Below are positions 34,743 through 45,072 of a stretch of 64,000 nucleotides of DNA, piece after piece (the first letter of the stretch is position 1; each line of letters begins with the position of its first letter). The notes beneath the pieces were generated by a model that did no database searches, had not been told where the DNA came from, and was given only the letters and a program-made list of their open reading frames with translations. The stretch is from NCBI GenBank assembly GCA_965203355.1, contig OZ241889.1:4107185-4171184 (forward strand), given 5' to 3'. The position numbers and the translations under genes are program-made. Source of the stretch: Candidatus Latescibacterota bacterium (GTDB lineage: Bacteria > Latescibacterota > UBA2968 > UBA8231).

Positions 34743-36689
34743 ATGAATGTAGTGCAGGCCGGTTTCCTGCTAACGCTCATGGCCCTAGCGAGTCAAGCAG
34801 CCCCTCCAGCGGCTGAGGGCGATATTCCGAGCACCGCGTGGCCCGAAAGCTGGTTCCACCCGCCGCGCACGGCCTCGGAAGTCGGCTTGACCACCTTCCA
34901 CCAGTCGCCCATGCTCGACGAACTCGTGGCCAGCGGCGCGTTGCCGCCGGTGGCGGATCGGCTCCCGGACGACCCGATTGTCGTCGAGCCGATCGACGGA
35001 ATCGGGACCTATGGGGGCACCGCGCGCCTGTTCCTCGCCGGCGAACAGCTCCTCAACGTGCCCGAAGGAACCCTGCGGCCCGGGCCGCAGCTCCAGCTAA
35101 CGCTGCCCAACTTCGCCGCACGGGTCGAGTACCACAACGACGCGCAGACTCTGACGGTCTTCCTGCGGCCCGGGCACAAGTGGTCCGACGGACACCCGGT
35201 GACGGCCGACGACTTTGTCTTTTGGTTCGACCGCGTCCACATGAACAAAAACCTCACGCCCGTGGTGTCGCCCCGCTTTAAGGGGGCCCACATCGAAAAA
35301 CACGGCCCTTACCTCTTTAGCTATCACTTTCCCCAGCCGATGCCGCTTTTTGTCAAGCACCTCGCCCACAACAGCTCGCACCTGTCGGCACCAGCGCACT
35401 TTATGCGTCGCTATCATCCCGATTTTACCGACGCCGAGCAGCTAGCACGCGAAGCCGAGGAACTCGGCTTGCAAGACTGGCGCACCTACTTCCAATCCGT
35501 TATCAACACCCGCGACCTAATGGTCTTTCACAAGCCAGTGCAGACCGCTTATGTGGTGGTTAGCAAGACTTCGACGCGCGTCCGCTATCGCCGCAATCCC
35601 TACTACCCCAAAGTAGATCCGGCCGGCAATCAACTGCCCTACATCGATTACCTCGAAGTCCAGCGGGTTGACAGCCCCGAGATCATGGCCGCTAAGGCCG
35701 CCACCGGGCAGGTCGATTTTGCCGGGCGGCAGTTTAAGACCGCTGACATCCCGCTGTTTAAGCGCTTTGAACAGGACAAGGGCTACGAGACGTACCTCTG
35801 GCCTCGTCCCTACGGCTCGGACGTGACCTTCATGCTCAACCTGACCCACCCCGACGAGCGGCTCAGGCAGATTTTTCAGGACGTGCGCTTTCGCCGCGCC
35901 CTCTCGCTGGCCATCAACCGCGCCGAGATCAACGACATCGCCTATTACGGGCAGGGGGTCCCGCGCCAGTTGACGGTCGTGTCATCGAGCCGCTACTTTG
36001 AGCCTTCCTTTGCCGCCGCTTGGGCCGAGCACGATCCGCAACGCGCCCGCGCCCTGCTCGACGAGATGGGGCTGATCGACCGCGATGGCGATGGCCGACG
36101 CGAGCATCCCGATGGCCGACCACTCGAAATCACGCTGGAGTACACAATCGGGGAGACGCCCAAGCAAGTCACGGTCGATTTGGCTACCGCTCACTGGCGC
36201 GAAGTGGGGCTGCACATCAATCGCAAGCAGATAAGCGGTGCGCTGCAAGGCATCCGCACCCGGGGCGGGGTCATGGACATGAGCATCTGGCACGCCGACC
36301 GCAACGCCGACATCCTCTTTCCCATCGAGCCTTTTTGGTACGTGCCCATGCACGTGGGGCAGGAGGTGACCCAGTGGCCGGAGTGGTCGCGATGGTACCA
36401 GTCGGACGGAGCGCGCGGCTGGATACCGCCCGGCGAGGTCCGGGACCTAATCGCCTGGTGGGAGGTGCTGCGCCGCACGTCGGACCTCCAAGAGCGCATC
36501 GCCATGGGGAAAAAAATTCTCCAGAGCCAAGCCGACAATCTGTGGGCACTCGGCGTCATCGGCTTGGGGCCACATCCCGTCATCGTCAGCAACCGATTGC
36601 GCAATGTCCCGCGCCAAGGCTATTGGGGATGGGACTCGCGCTGGTCTTGGCCCTACTATCCAGAGACTTGGTATCTACAGCAAAATTAA
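34743..36689 (+). CDS. ABC transporter substrate-binding protein, family 5 (Opp/Dpp-like, probably oligosaccharide)
   Basis: LPPVADRLPDDP, KWSDGHPVTADD, RNPYYPKVDPAGNQLPYID, FRRALSLAINR. Confidence 0.9.
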   Translation: MNVVQAGFLLTLMALASQAAPPAAEGDIPSTAWPESWFHPPRTASEVGLTTFHQSPMLDELVASGALPPVADRLPDDPIVVEPIDGIGTYGGTARLFLAGEQLLNVPEGTLRPGPQLQLTLPNFAARVEYHNDAQTLTVFLRPGHKWSDGHPVTADDFVFWFDRVHMNKNLTPVVSPRFKGAHIEKHGPYLFSYHFPQPMPLFVKHLAHNSSHLSAPAHFMRRYHPDFTDAEQLAREAEELGLQDWRTYFQSVINTRDLMVFHKPVQTAYVVVSKTSTRVRYRRNPYYPKVDPAGNQLPYIDYLEVQRVDSPEIMAAKAATGQVDFAGRQFKTADIPLFKRFEQDKGYETYLWPRPYGSDVTFMLNLTHPDERLRQIFQDVRFRRALSLAINRAEINDIAYYGQGVPRQLTVVSSSRYFEPSFAAAWAEHDPQRARALLDEMGLIDRDGDGRREHPDGRPLEITLEYTIGETPKQVTVDLATAHWREVGLHINRKQISGALQGIRTRGGVMDMSIWHADRNADILFPIEPFWYVPMHVGQEVTQWPEWSRWYQSDGARGWIPPGEVRDLIAWWEVLRRTSDLQERIAMGKKILQSQADNLWALGVIGLGPHPVIVSNRLRNVPRQGYWGWDSRWSWPYYPETWYLQQN

Positions 36690-36692
36690 GCC

Positions 36693-37676
36693 ATGATCAA
36701 CTACATCATCCGCCGCGTCCTGATTATGATCCCCACCCTGCTGGCCGTCTCGGTGCTGGTCTTCGTCGTCATCCAGTTGCCGCCCGGGGACATCATCACG
36801 TCGCGCCTACAAGAGCTACAGGCTGAGGGCCAAGACATATCCGAGGAACAGATCGCCGCCCTGCGCGCCCGCTACCACCTCGACGACCCGATGCTCGTCC
36901 AGTACTTCAAGTGGATGGGCGGCTTCCTCCAAGGCGACATGGGCTATTCGGTGATGTACGGCCAGTCGGTCAACAACCTGATCTGGGAGCGGCTGGGCTA
37001 CACCTTGCTGATCACCTCGACCGCGACCTTGTTGACTTGGCTGATCGCCTTCCCGGTGGGCGTCTATTCGGCCCTGCGCCAGTACTCGGCGCTCGACTAT
37101 GCGGCAACCCTCGCGGCCTTTGTCGGTCTGGCGACGCCCAACTTCCTGCTGGCACTGGTTTTGATGTACTTGGGCTACGAGTGGTTTGGGATCGCGGTGG
37201 GCGGATTGTTTTCCCCCGAGTACGCGAGTGCGCCGTGGAGCTTGGCCAAGTTCGGCGATTTGCTAGCGCATCTGTGGATCCCGGCCGTGGTCATCGGCAC
37301 GGCTGGCATGGCCGGGCTGATGCGGATCATGCGCGCCAATCTGCTCGACGAGCTGGGTAAGCCCTACGTCACGACAGCGCTGGCCAAGGGCCTTGGTCCG
37401 GTCCGCTTGGTGATTAAGTACCCATTGCGCATTGCCATCAATCCCTTTATCAGCACGGTCGGCTGGATGCTGCCGCACCTAATCTCTGGGTCGGCCATCA
37501 CTAGCGTGGTGTTGAGCCTGCCGACGACCGGCCCTTTGCTGCTCGAATCCCTCCGCAACCAAGACATGTATTTAGCAGGCAGTTTCCTGCTCATGCTCAG
37601 CGTTTTGACGGTGATCGGCACCCTGTTGTCGGACATTCTCTTGGCCATTGCCGACCCGCGCATCCGCTATGAGTGA
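36693..37676 (+). CDS. ABC transporter permease (OppB/DppB-like)
   Basis: YIIRRV, MRANLLDELGKPYVTTALAKGL, DPRIRY. Confidence 0.92.
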   Translation: MINYIIRRVLIMIPTLLAVSVLVFVVIQLPPGDIITSRLQELQAEGQDISEEQIAALRARYHLDDPMLVQYFKWMGGFLQGDMGYSVMYGQSVNNLIWERLGYTLLITSTATLLTWLIAFPVGVYSALRQYSALDYAATLAAFVGLATPNFLLALVLMYLGYEWFGIAVGGLFSPEYASAPWSLAKFGDLLAHLWIPAVVIGTAGMAGLMRIMRANLLDELGKPYVTTALAKGLGPVRLVIKYPLRIAINPFISTVGWMLPHLISGSAITSVVLSLPTTGPLLLESLRNQDMYLAGSFLLMLSVLTVIGTLLSDILLAIADPRIRYE

Positions 37677-38775
37677 AGACCGCCCCACAACCCAACTAGC
37701 CGACGCTTCGCAGTGGCGTCTGATGTGGATGCGCTTCCGCCGCCATCGGCTGGCGTTAGTCGGCAGCGCAGCGCTGATCGCGCTCTACGGGCTCGCGGCC
37801 TTGTGCGAATTTGTCTCGCCGTACCGACCCGACCAGCGCCACGCGCAATACGTCCTCTGCCCGCCGCAAGCGATTCGCTTCTTCGACGGCGAGGGGCGTT
37901 TTCACTGGCGGCCCTTTGTCCACGGCGTACGGCAAGACACGACCGCCGACCCGTGGCAGCGTGCCTATCTCGTCGATGCCAAAGTCATACATCCGATCCG
38001 CTTTTTCGCGCACGGTCCGGCCTACGAGTTCTGGGGGCTTTTCGACGCGGACTTGCACTTGTTCAGCGCGGGCAACGGGCCGTTGTTCCTCTTCGGCACC
38101 GACGACTTGGGCCGCGATCTGCTCAGCCGAATCATATACGGGGCGCGCATATCGCTCACCATCGGACTAATCGGCGTGGCCCTGACTTTCCTCATCGGCA
38201 TCCTGCTCGGGGGTCTGGCGGGTTACTACAGCGGCTGGGTCGATGTGGTGGTGCAGCGGATCATTGAGGTCCTAATGGCCGTGCCGCAGTTACCGCTGTG
38301 GATGGCGCTGAGCGCGGCACTGCCAGCCCACTGGCCGCCGCTGCATATTTACTTCGGCGTCACCATTATCCTCTCGCTGATGGGCTGGACCGGGTTGGCA
38401 CGCGTGGTGCGCGGCCGCTTTCTATCGCTGCGCGACGAGGATTTCGTGGTCGCCGCCCGCTTGTCCGGCACCAGCGAGTTGAAGATCATTTTCAAACACC
38501 TGCTACCGTCGTTCCTCAGCCACGTGATCACCTCGGCCACCCTAGCGGTGCCAGGCATGATTCTCGGCGAGACCGCGCTGAGTTTTTTGGGGATTGGGCT
38601 GCGGGCACCCGTGGTTAGCTGGGGGGTGCTGCTGCAAAAGGCGCAGAACTTTCAGGCCGTGGCCATGGCACCGTGGCTCTTGCTGCCCGGGCTTTTCGTG
38701 GTCATCGCGGTCTTGGCCTTCAACGTGGTCGGCGATGGAATGCGCGACGCAGCCGATCCGTATGCCAGCCATTAG
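37669..38775 (+). CDS. ABC transporter permease (OppC/DppC-like)
   Basis: FGTDDLGRDLLSRIIYGARISL, ETALSFLGIG, GDGMRDAADPY. Confidence 0.92.
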   Translation: MSEDRPTTQLADASQWRLMWMRFRRHRLALVGSAALIALYGLAALCEFVSPYRPDQRHAQYVLCPPQAIRFFDGEGRFHWRPFVHGVRQDTTADPWQRAYLVDAKVIHPIRFFAHGPAYEFWGLFDADLHLFSAGNGPLFLFGTDDLGRDLLSRIIYGARISLTIGLIGVALTFLIGILLGGLAGYYSGWVDVVVQRIIEVLMAVPQLPLWMALSAALPAHWPPLHIYFGVTIILSLMGWTGLARVVRGRFLSLRDEDFVVAARLSGTSELKIIFKHLLPSFLSHVITSATLAVPGMILGETALSFLGIGLRAPVVSWGVLLQKAQNFQAVAMAPWLLLPGLFVVIAVLAFNVVGDGMRDAADPYASH

Positions 38776-38801
38776 TTGCGCTAAGCGTATGCCCGCAAAC
38801 C

Positions 38802-38891
38802 ATGCCGCAAATTTTTGACAACATTCAACAACCGCTTCTTCCAGCTTTGGCGTTGGAAACACAGGACGATACTCACAACCCGCACGTATAA
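38802..38891 (+). pseudogene. N-terminal remnant of a PLD-SNF2 helicase (restriction-associated) gene
   Basis: MPQIFDNIQQPLLPAL resembles the conserved start MP(R/Q)IFDNIxxxLLPAL of PLD-like/SNF2 helicases, then degenerates. Confidence 0.45.
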
Positions 38892-38906
38892 AAAAAAGCG
38901 AAGTTT

Positions 38907-39911
38907 ATGAGCTCTCCCCTCCTCGACGTCCACGACCTGAGCGTGCGCATCACCCGCGACGAGGGCGTGGTGCGGCCGCTCAACGGCGTCAGCTTTCGCA
39001 TCAACACCGGCCAAGCCGTGGGCATCGTCGGCGAAAGCGGCTGCGGCAAGACCATGACCTCCAACGCCTTGCTACAAATTTTGCCACCGGCAGCCGAGAT
39101 TACCAGTGGCCACATCCGCTACCGACGCAAGCTGGACGAGCGCACGATCGACCTCGCGGCACTCGACGCGCACAGCGACGAAATGCACCAGATCAGAGGC
39201 GGCGACATTTCCATGATCTTCCAAGAGCCAATGACCGCGTTCTCGCCGGTGCATACCATTGGCAACCAAATCGCCGAGATGATCCAACTCCACGACTCGC
39301 TATCCTCAGCAGCAACGCGGCAACGGGTCATCGAACTGTTGCACTTAGTCGGCATCCCCGATTCGCCTGATCGCGCCGATGACTATCCCTTCCAGCTTTC
39401 GGGCGGGATGCGCCAGCGGGCGATGATTGCCATGGCCCTGGCGAGCAATCCACGACTCTTAATCGCCGACGAACCCACCACAGCCCTCGACGTGACCGTG
39501 CAGGCGCGAGTGCTCAAGCTAATCCAGCGGCTCCAGCGCGAACTGGGGCTGGCACTCATGCTAATCACCCACGACCTCGGCGTGATCGCGCACACCGTCG
39601 AATACGTCTATGTGATGTACCTGGGACGAATCGTCGAGGAAGGGCCGGTAGCCGCAATTTTCGACAGCCCAGCGCATCCTTACACTGCGGCCCTGTTGCA
39701 ATCCATCCCCCGCCTGACCGGCAAACGCCGACGCATCGATCCGATTGAGGGCAGCGTCCCCAGTGCGTACGCCCTGCCCGAGGGCTGCCCCTTCCACACC
39801 CGTTGCACAAAAAAGGTCGGCTCTATCTGCGAGCAGCAAATGCCCGCGTCAGCCGAGGTGGGGCCGCATCACCACGCCCGTTGTTTCATCCACACCCAAG
39901 AAGGGGAATAG
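38907..39911 (+). CDS. ABC transporter ATP-binding protein (OppD/DppD)
   Basis: [26 protein letters not shown], oligo_HPY domain. Confidence 0.93.
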   Translation: MSSPLLDVHDLSVRITRDEGVVRPLNGVSFRINTGQAVGIVGESGCGKTMTSNALLQILPPAAEITSGHIRYRRKLDERTIDLAALDAHSDEMHQIRGGDISMIFQEPMTAFSPVHTIGNQIAEMIQLHDSLSSAATRQRVIELLHLVGIPDSPDRADDYPFQLSGGMRQRAMIAMALASNPRLLIADEPTTALDVTVQARVLKLIQRLQRELGLALMLITHDLGVIAHTVEYVYVMYLGRIVEEGPVAAIFDSPAHPYTAALLQSIPRLTGKRRRIDPIEGSVPSAYALPEGCPFHTRCTKKVGSICEQQMPASAEVGPHHHARCFIHTQEGE

Positions 39912-39915
39912 CCCA

Positions 39916-40926
39916 ATGACCACCGGAGCCGCAGACGCCCTGCTGCAAGTGCGAGGGTTAAAAAAGTACTTTCCCGTGCGCCGGGGTCTCTTACAGCGAC
40001 AGACGGGTTGGGTAAAGGCCGTGGATGGGGTGAGCTTTGCGCTCGCGCAAGGCAAAATTTTGGGACTGGTTGGCGAGAGCGGTTGCGGCAAGACCACCAC
40101 CGGACGGATGATTCTCCGCGCCCTAGACCCGACCGAAGGGGCGATCCTCTTTCGGCAACAGAACGGGCAGGTCGTCAACATGGCCCAACTCAGCCGCCGC
40201 GAAGTCGTCCAAGCCCGCCGGCAGATGCAAATGATTTTCCAAGACCCGTACTCGTCCCTAAATCCGCGAATGCCTGTGCGCGACCTAATCGCCGAGCCGC
40301 TCCGGTCTTATGGCTGGTCGAGACGCGACAGCCACGCACGTGTAAGCGAGTTGATGGAGCGCGTGGGGCTAGATCCCCGATATGCGCGCCGCTATCCACA
40401 CGCCTTCTCGGGCGGCCAGCGGCAGCGCATCGGCATTGCCCGCGCCTTGGCCTTAAGCCCGTCGCTCATCGTCGCCGACGAGCCGGTCTCCGCGCTCGAC
40501 GTCAGTGTGCAAGCGCAGATCCTGAACTTGCTCCGCCAATTGCAGGCGGACCTCGACCTCACCTTGCTCTTCATCGCCCACGACCTGAGCGTAGTGCGCT
40601 ATCTCTGCGATGAAGTGGCCGTCATGTACCAAGGCCGAATCGTCGAACAGGCCGCAACCGAAGCCCTTTTCACCCAACCGCAACACCCCTATACGGCCAT
40701 GTTGCTAGAGGCCGCGCCCGCGCCCGATCCCCACGCCTCGTGGATGGAGGACGAAGACGCCAGCGCGGCGGACGAACCAACGCTGACCGGCGATCAAGGC
40801 TGCGCGTTCGCACCGCGCTGCCGCTACAAAAGCGAACTATGCAGCCAGCAGATGCCCGCTCTCGAGGGCGAGACGCATTTAGTCGCCTGCCACCACAAAG
40901 ACGAACTGGAACTACAGGGCATGTAG
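39916..40926 (+). CDS. ABC transporter ATP-binding protein (OppF/DppF)
   Basis: [31 protein letters not shown]. Confidence 0.93.
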   Translation: MTTGAADALLQVRGLKKYFPVRRGLLQRQTGWVKAVDGVSFALAQGKILGLVGESGCGKTTTGRMILRALDPTEGAILFRQQNGQVVNMAQLSRREVVQARRQMQMIFQDPYSSLNPRMPVRDLIAEPLRSYGWSRRDSHARVSELMERVGLDPRYARRYPHAFSGGQRQRIGIARALALSPSLIVADEPVSALDVSVQAQILNLLRQLQADLDLTLLFIAHDLSVVRYLCDEVAVMYQGRIVEQAATEALFTQPQHPYTAMLLEAAPAPDPHASWMEDEDASAADEPTLTGDQGCAFAPRCRYKSELCSQQMPALEGETHLVACHHKDELELQGM

Positions 40927-40940
40927 CGGCGCGAACAGGG

Positions 40941-40969
40941 TTGACCAAATAAGTAAACCAAATTACATT
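40941..40969 (+). promoter_or_regulatory. Sigma70 promoter of HTH-MTase with ACCAAAT direct repeat
   Basis: TTGACC-N17-TACATT; ACCAAAT at 40944 and 40957. Confidence 0.55.
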
Positions 40970-40990
40970 ACGAAAAGATTATCCACCCTC

Positions 40991-42256
40991 ATGGAGGAGA
41001 AAATCTGCATGGTCCAGTTTGGTGATCATTTGCGGCAAATTCGCCTCGAAAGCGGATTAACCCAAGCCGATGTGGCGAACCGCCTTGGGGTCTCGAAAGG
41101 GTACATCTCCCGCCTCGAAAGTGGCAAGGCAAGGCCCGCCGAAGCGACAGTCCGCCATCTCGCCCAAATCTGCGAGACCGATCCTGATCCGTTCCTCATA
41201 TTGGCCGATTACCTGCCCTCCGATCTTCAAGAAATTCTATCTCGGCATCCCGCTGAAGCATCGGCGATACTACGCGGTACTTTTGGACGTACCGCTCACA
41301 CCCAAAATGCGCCCCCCGCTATCGCCGAGTCTCAAACGCTCTACCAAACTGCCTCATATCAACTCGTCCAAGAGGATTGCTTGGCGTGGATGGAGCACCA
41401 CCCACCCAACAGCGTCCATGCCATCGTCACCGACCCACCCTACGGCCTGAAAGAGTACACCACCCAAGAAAAGGACAAACTCCGGCGCAGACGGGGGGGC
41501 GTCTGGCGTATCCCGCCCGCTTTAGACGGTTGCGTCCGCCAGCCCCTGCCTCGGTTTACCGTCCTCAGCAATGGCGACAAGCAGCGACTTGCTGCGTTTT
41601 TTGGGCAATGGGGCAAGCGGGCATTGCGAGTGATCGTACCGGGCGGGCACGTCTTCATCGCCGCCAATCCTCTGCTATCGCATATAGTCTATGCAGCCCT
41701 CGTCGAAAGCGGCTTTGAGAAGCGCGGCGAGGTCATCCGCCTAGTGCAGACGCTGCGGGGTGGCGACCGCCCCAAGAATGCACACGACGAATTTGCAGAT
41801 GTCACTGTTATGCCTCGCTCCGGCTGGGAACCTTGGGGCTTGTTTCGCAAGCCGTGCGAGGGGCGCGTACAGGACAACCTGCGCGTGTGGAAGACGGGTG
41901 GACTAAGGCGGATCAGTGCCGAGCGTCCTTTCGGCGATGTAATTCGCAGTGCACCTACCCGATCGGCAGAACGCGCCATCGCGCCGCATCCCTCACTCAA
42001 GCCGCAGGGCTTTATGCGCCAGATCGTGCGCGCCGCTTTGCCGCTGGGGGAGGGGATAGTGCTCGACCCCTTCATGGGCGGGGGTTCAACTGTGGCCGCC
42101 GCGTGTGCCGTGGGTTACGAGAGTATTGGCATCGAGAGCGATCCCGCGTTTTTCGAGATCGCAAAAGCCGCGATTCCGCCATTGGCCACGCTGGAGGTCA
42201 ACGGAGAAAGCAAACTGGAACCGACAGCCGAGCGGCAGCCGAGCCTGTTCAACTAA
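40991..42256 (+). CDS. XRE HTH fused to beta-class N4/N6 DNA methyltransferase
   Basis: N-terminal LRQIRLESGLTQADVANRLGVSKGYISRLESG; IVTDPPY (motif IV) before HPSLKP...VLDPFMGGGS (motif I); start may be 41009. Confidence 0.9.
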   Translation: MEEKICMVQFGDHLRQIRLESGLTQADVANRLGVSKGYISRLESGKARPAEATVRHLAQICETDPDPFLILADYLPSDLQEILSRHPAEASAILRGTFGRTAHTQNAPPAIAESQTLYQTASYQLVQEDCLAWMEHHPPNSVHAIVTDPPYGLKEYTTQEKDKLRRRRGGVWRIPPALDGCVRQPLPRFTVLSNGDKQRLAAFFGQWGKRALRVIVPGGHVFIAANPLLSHIVYAALVESGFEKRGEVIRLVQTLRGGDRPKNAHDEFADVTVMPRSGWEPWGLFRKPCEGRVQDNLRVWKTGGLRRISAERPFGDVIRSAPTRSAERAIAPHPSLKPQGFMRQIVRAALPLGEGIVLDPFMGGGSTVAAACAVGYESIGIESDPAFFEIAKAAIPPLATLEVNGESKLEPTAERQPSLFN

Positions 42257-42262
42257 AGACGC

Positions 42263-42570
42263 TTAGGGTTTGGCTAAGATGGCGCGATGGGGACCGACGC
42301 CGACGTCGGGTAGCCTATAGAGAAAATTGTTCCGCAGTTTATCGACACCGCTCTTGGCTATCGACGCCGTGGGCGTCCTGCGCGAAGTGCCCGTGCGGCC
42401 TGAAAATGACCAATCCGTTTGGTCGAGTTTGGCGCAGAGAATTTCGAGAAATGTCAGCGGCCCAGAAGCCCCTCTTTCCTGATCGCCAATCGCATAGCGA
42501 AATACCATTAGCCAGCAGTCCTCTGGGTTGTGCCCCTGCCAACCGCCGAGCGGAATGGACGACTTGAGAG
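42263..42570 (-). pseudogene. C-terminal remnant of a type II restriction endonuclease
   Basis: KSSIPLGGWQGHNPEDCWLMVF...WSFSGRTGTSRRTPTASI, convergent to the MTase; no start codon for this frame between it and the neighbouring gene. Confidence 0.6.
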
Positions 42571-42596
42571 TCCATAGGGAAGGACGACACGGCGAT

Positions 42597-43415
42597 TCAC
42601 GTCCCCGCATCGTCGTTCCTCGCCGTGCGATAGGGGGCCGGATCAAAGCCCGGATACCGCGTCGCCATCCCCGCGATAAATTGCTCCGTCCACAGCGAAT
42701 CGCCCGGCGGCGGGAAGCCCAGTAGTTCGCGCTGGCGCGGGGTGGCTTCAGCCATAAAGCGGTGCATGGCGGCACCTTGAGCACCGCTTTTATACGTAAA
42801 TGTACGACCGCCGTCCCAAGGGCGGTCCTTGCGGGTGAAACCCACCCACATGACCGGGCGGTGTCCGGCTGGCGCGGTGAAATCGGAGGCGGCGTGACGG
42901 GTGAAGACGCTGTAGAGGCACACCGAGCCGCCGGGAACGATCATCGGCACGGCTTCCGCGTCGGCGCCCATGCGGATCGGGGCCATGCCTTCCTCGACAT
43001 CGTCGAAGCAGTAGAAACACACCAAATTCATAAAGTCATCTGGCTCGATGATCGGCCCCAGCGTGTTGTTGCCGTAGTCTATGTGGAAATCGGTCCCGTA
43101 TTCCTCGCCGGCGTACTTCATGCCCAAATGCCCTTCGCAGAGGCGAATCTCGCGCGTACCTAAGACCCGCTCGGCCGCGTCAATCAGATCGGGATGGACG
43201 GTGACGTGATTGAGGCCGGAGTGGTCCCAAGGGAAGACGCTTTGCTGGGGCGTGTCGTTGCAACGGCCATTGGCTACGTATTGGTCGTAGGGCGGGGCAA
43301 AATGGGTGAAGAAGCCATCGAGCGCGGCTTGCTGCTCGTCTTGGGTAAGGAAATTCTCGACGATCAGGAAGCCCTGTTCTTTGTACGTAGCGAGCTGGGC
43401 GTCGGTGATGTGCAT
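42597..43415 (-). CDS. Phytanoyl-CoA dioxygenase (PhyH) family Fe(II)/2OG enzyme
   Basis: YKEQGFLIVENFL, HxD motif FHID, distal His in TRHAAS. Confidence 0.8.
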   Translation of the reverse strand: MHITDAQLATYKEQGFLIVENFLTQDEQQAALDGFFTHFAPPYDQYVANGRCNDTPQQSVFPWDHSGLNHVTVHPDLIDAAERVLGTREIRLCEGHLGMKYAGEEYGTDFHIDYGNNTLGPIIEPDDFMNLVCFYCFDDVEEGMAPIRMGADAEAVPMIVPGGSVCLYSVFTRHAASDFTAPAGHRPVMWVGFTRKDRPWDGGRTFTYKSGAQGAAMHRFMAEATPRQRELLGFPPPGDSLWTEQFIAGMATRYPGFDPAPYRTARNDDAGT

Positions 43416-44330
43416 CTATTGCTCGTCGGCGTAGAGCCTTACAATCCGCTGCAACAGGGCCAGGGCCTGCCCGCGAGCGCGCTGGAAGGCGTTGCGGCCG
43501 ATGATGGAACCAAAGCCGCCGCCATCGCGGATGCCGGTGATCTCCTCGATAATTTCCTCTTCGCCCTTGGCTGGGCCACCAGAAAAGATCACCACGCGCC
43601 GACCGTTGAACGCCGATTGCACTACGTGGCGCACGCGCTCGGCCAAGGTGCCAGCCGACACATCTGCATACGCCTTGCGGGCTTCGTCCTGCTCAATGTA
43701 AGCGGTCGGCGGTTTGACCTTGATAATATGGGCCCCTAGCTGGGCGGCGATTTGGGCGGCGTACGCGGTGACGTCGAGCGCGGTCTCCCCATCCTTGCTC
43801 AAGTCCGTGCCGCGCGGATAAGACCAGACCACTACCACCAAACCGTGCCGCTTGGCCTCTTCGGCCAAGGCTTGCAGCTTTTCGTACATCTCCTGCCGCA
43901 GGGCCGAACCCGGATAGACCGTGTAGCCAATGCCGACGCAACCCAAGCGCAGAGCGGCGGAAATGGAGCCGGTCAGCGCCTGGGTCGGATCGGCGTCGGA
44001 GTGGAGGTTTTCGCGGTTGTTGAGCTTGAGAATCAACGGCAGGTCGCCGGCGTAGTCGCGCGCCCCGGCTTCCAAGAATCCGAGCGGGGCGGCGTATGCG
44101 CTGAGGCCAGCGTCTATGGCCAACTCAAAGTGATAGCGCGGATCGTACGCGGACGGATTAGGAGCGAAACTGCGCCCAGGCCCGTGCTCGACGCCCTGAT
44201 CTACGGGTAGAATGACTAGCTTACCCGTGCCGCCGAGTGCGCCGTGGTTGAGTACGCGTGCCAAATTGGTCAAGGTGCCGGGATTGTCGCTGCCATACCA
44301 GCTTAGAATTTCGCGGATGCGATCTTGCAT
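43416..44330 (-). CDS. fbaB: Class I fructose-bisphosphate aldolase (DhnA/FbaB family)
   Basis: ILPVDQGVEHGP, WSYPRG, LGAHIIKVK Schiff-base Lys, IIGRNAFQR. Confidence 0.88.
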   Translation of the reverse strand: MQDRIREILSWYGSDNPGTLTNLARVLNHGALGGTGKLVILPVDQGVEHGPGRSFAPNPSAYDPRYHFELAIDAGLSAYAAPLGFLEAGARDYAGDLPLILKLNNRENLHSDADPTQALTGSISAALRLGCVGIGYTVYPGSALRQEMYEKLQALAEEAKRHGLVVVVWSYPRGTDLSKDGETALDVTAYAAQIAAQLGAHIIKVKPPTAYIEQDEARKAYADVSAGTLAERVRHVVQSAFNGRRVVIFSGGPAKGEEEIIEEITGIRDGGGFGSIIGRNAFQRARGQALALLQRIVRLYADEQ

Positions 44331-44370
44331 TTTGTACCTTTCTTGCTAGCTGAGGAGCGGGAATTGACAA

Positions 44371-44412
44371 AAGAAAAGCTCCTCAATCGCGCAAAGCGCA
44401 CTAGAGGAGCTT
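44371..44412 (-). terminator. Terminator downstream of tRNA-Asp
   Basis: AAGCTCCTC/GAGGAGCTT stem followed on the minus strand by TTCTTTT. Confidence 0.6.
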
Positions 44413-44419
44413 GACAAAA

Positions 44420-44496
44420 TGGCGGGGACGACGAGACTCGAACTCGCGACCTTCGGCGTGACAGGCCGACGTTCTAACCAGCTGAACTACGCCCCC
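44420..44496 (-). tRNA. tRNA-Asp (GTC)
   Basis: Reverse complement GGGGGCGTAGTTCAGCTGGTTAGAACGTCGGCCTGTCACGCCGAAGGTCGCGAGTTCGAGTCTCGTCGTCCCCGCCA; cloverleaf, GTC anticodon, encoded CCA. Confidence 0.97.
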
Positions 44497-44538
44497 ATAC
44501 ACTTGAGTTTAATAAGGTAAAAGTCAGATCAAATGCTG

Positions 44539-45072
44539 TCAATGGATGGCCGAAGATACGGCCTGCGCGGCACTTTCTTTTTTTAACCGCCTGAGCACCC
44601 CGCGCATGAGTTGGCGCTTGAGTGGGCTAAGGTGGTCAATGAAGAGCTTGCCGTCGAGGTGGTCGATTTCGTGTTGAAGAACACGGGCGTAAAGGCCCTC
44701 GCCCGCGGTCTTGAAGGGCTGACCATCGAGACCAATGGCCTCGACTTCGACCCAAGCGTAGCGCTTGACGTCGCCGTACAGGTCGGGAAAGCTCAGACAT
44801 CCCTCCTCGCCGACTTGCTCGCCCTCGTGGCCGGTAATTTGGGGGTTGATTAAGGCCACGGGTTGGCAGTCTGGCCAATGGACGGCCACATCGACGACGC
44901 AGACCCGTTTGGGGACGCCAATCTGCGGGGCGGCAAGCCCGACCCCCTCGGCTTCGCGCATGGAGTCAAAGAGGTCGGCGACGAGGGCGCGGATGGCGTC
45001 ATCCACCGCTGCAACCCGCATGCACTTCTGGCGGAGGCACTCCGCCCCGAACAGCGCAATTTTGCGTTTCAT
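44539..45072 (-). CDS. def: Peptide deformylase
   Basis: GVGLAAPQIG, EGCLS, QHEIDHLDG. Confidence 0.95.
   Translation of the reverse strand: MKRKIALFGAECLRQKCMRVAAVDDAIRALVADLFDSMREAEGVGLAAPQIGVPKRVCVVDVAVHWPDCQPVALINPQITGHEGEQVGEEGCLSFPDLYGDVKRYAWVEVEAIGLDGQPFKTAGEGLYARVLQHEIDHLDGKLFIDHLSPLKRQLMRGVLRRLKKESAAQAVSSAIH

Noticed and set aside
42571-42784. N-terminal part of the 173-aa ORF 42263..42784 as a real protein
   Set aside because: Mostly overlaps the PhyH gene in another frame and is Arg/Pro-rich shadow sequence; only the 3' part looks like REase
44420-44496. tRNA-Asp as an island/prophage attachment site
   Set aside because: No integrase nearby and no duplicated tRNA 3' end seen; flanks are housekeeping genes
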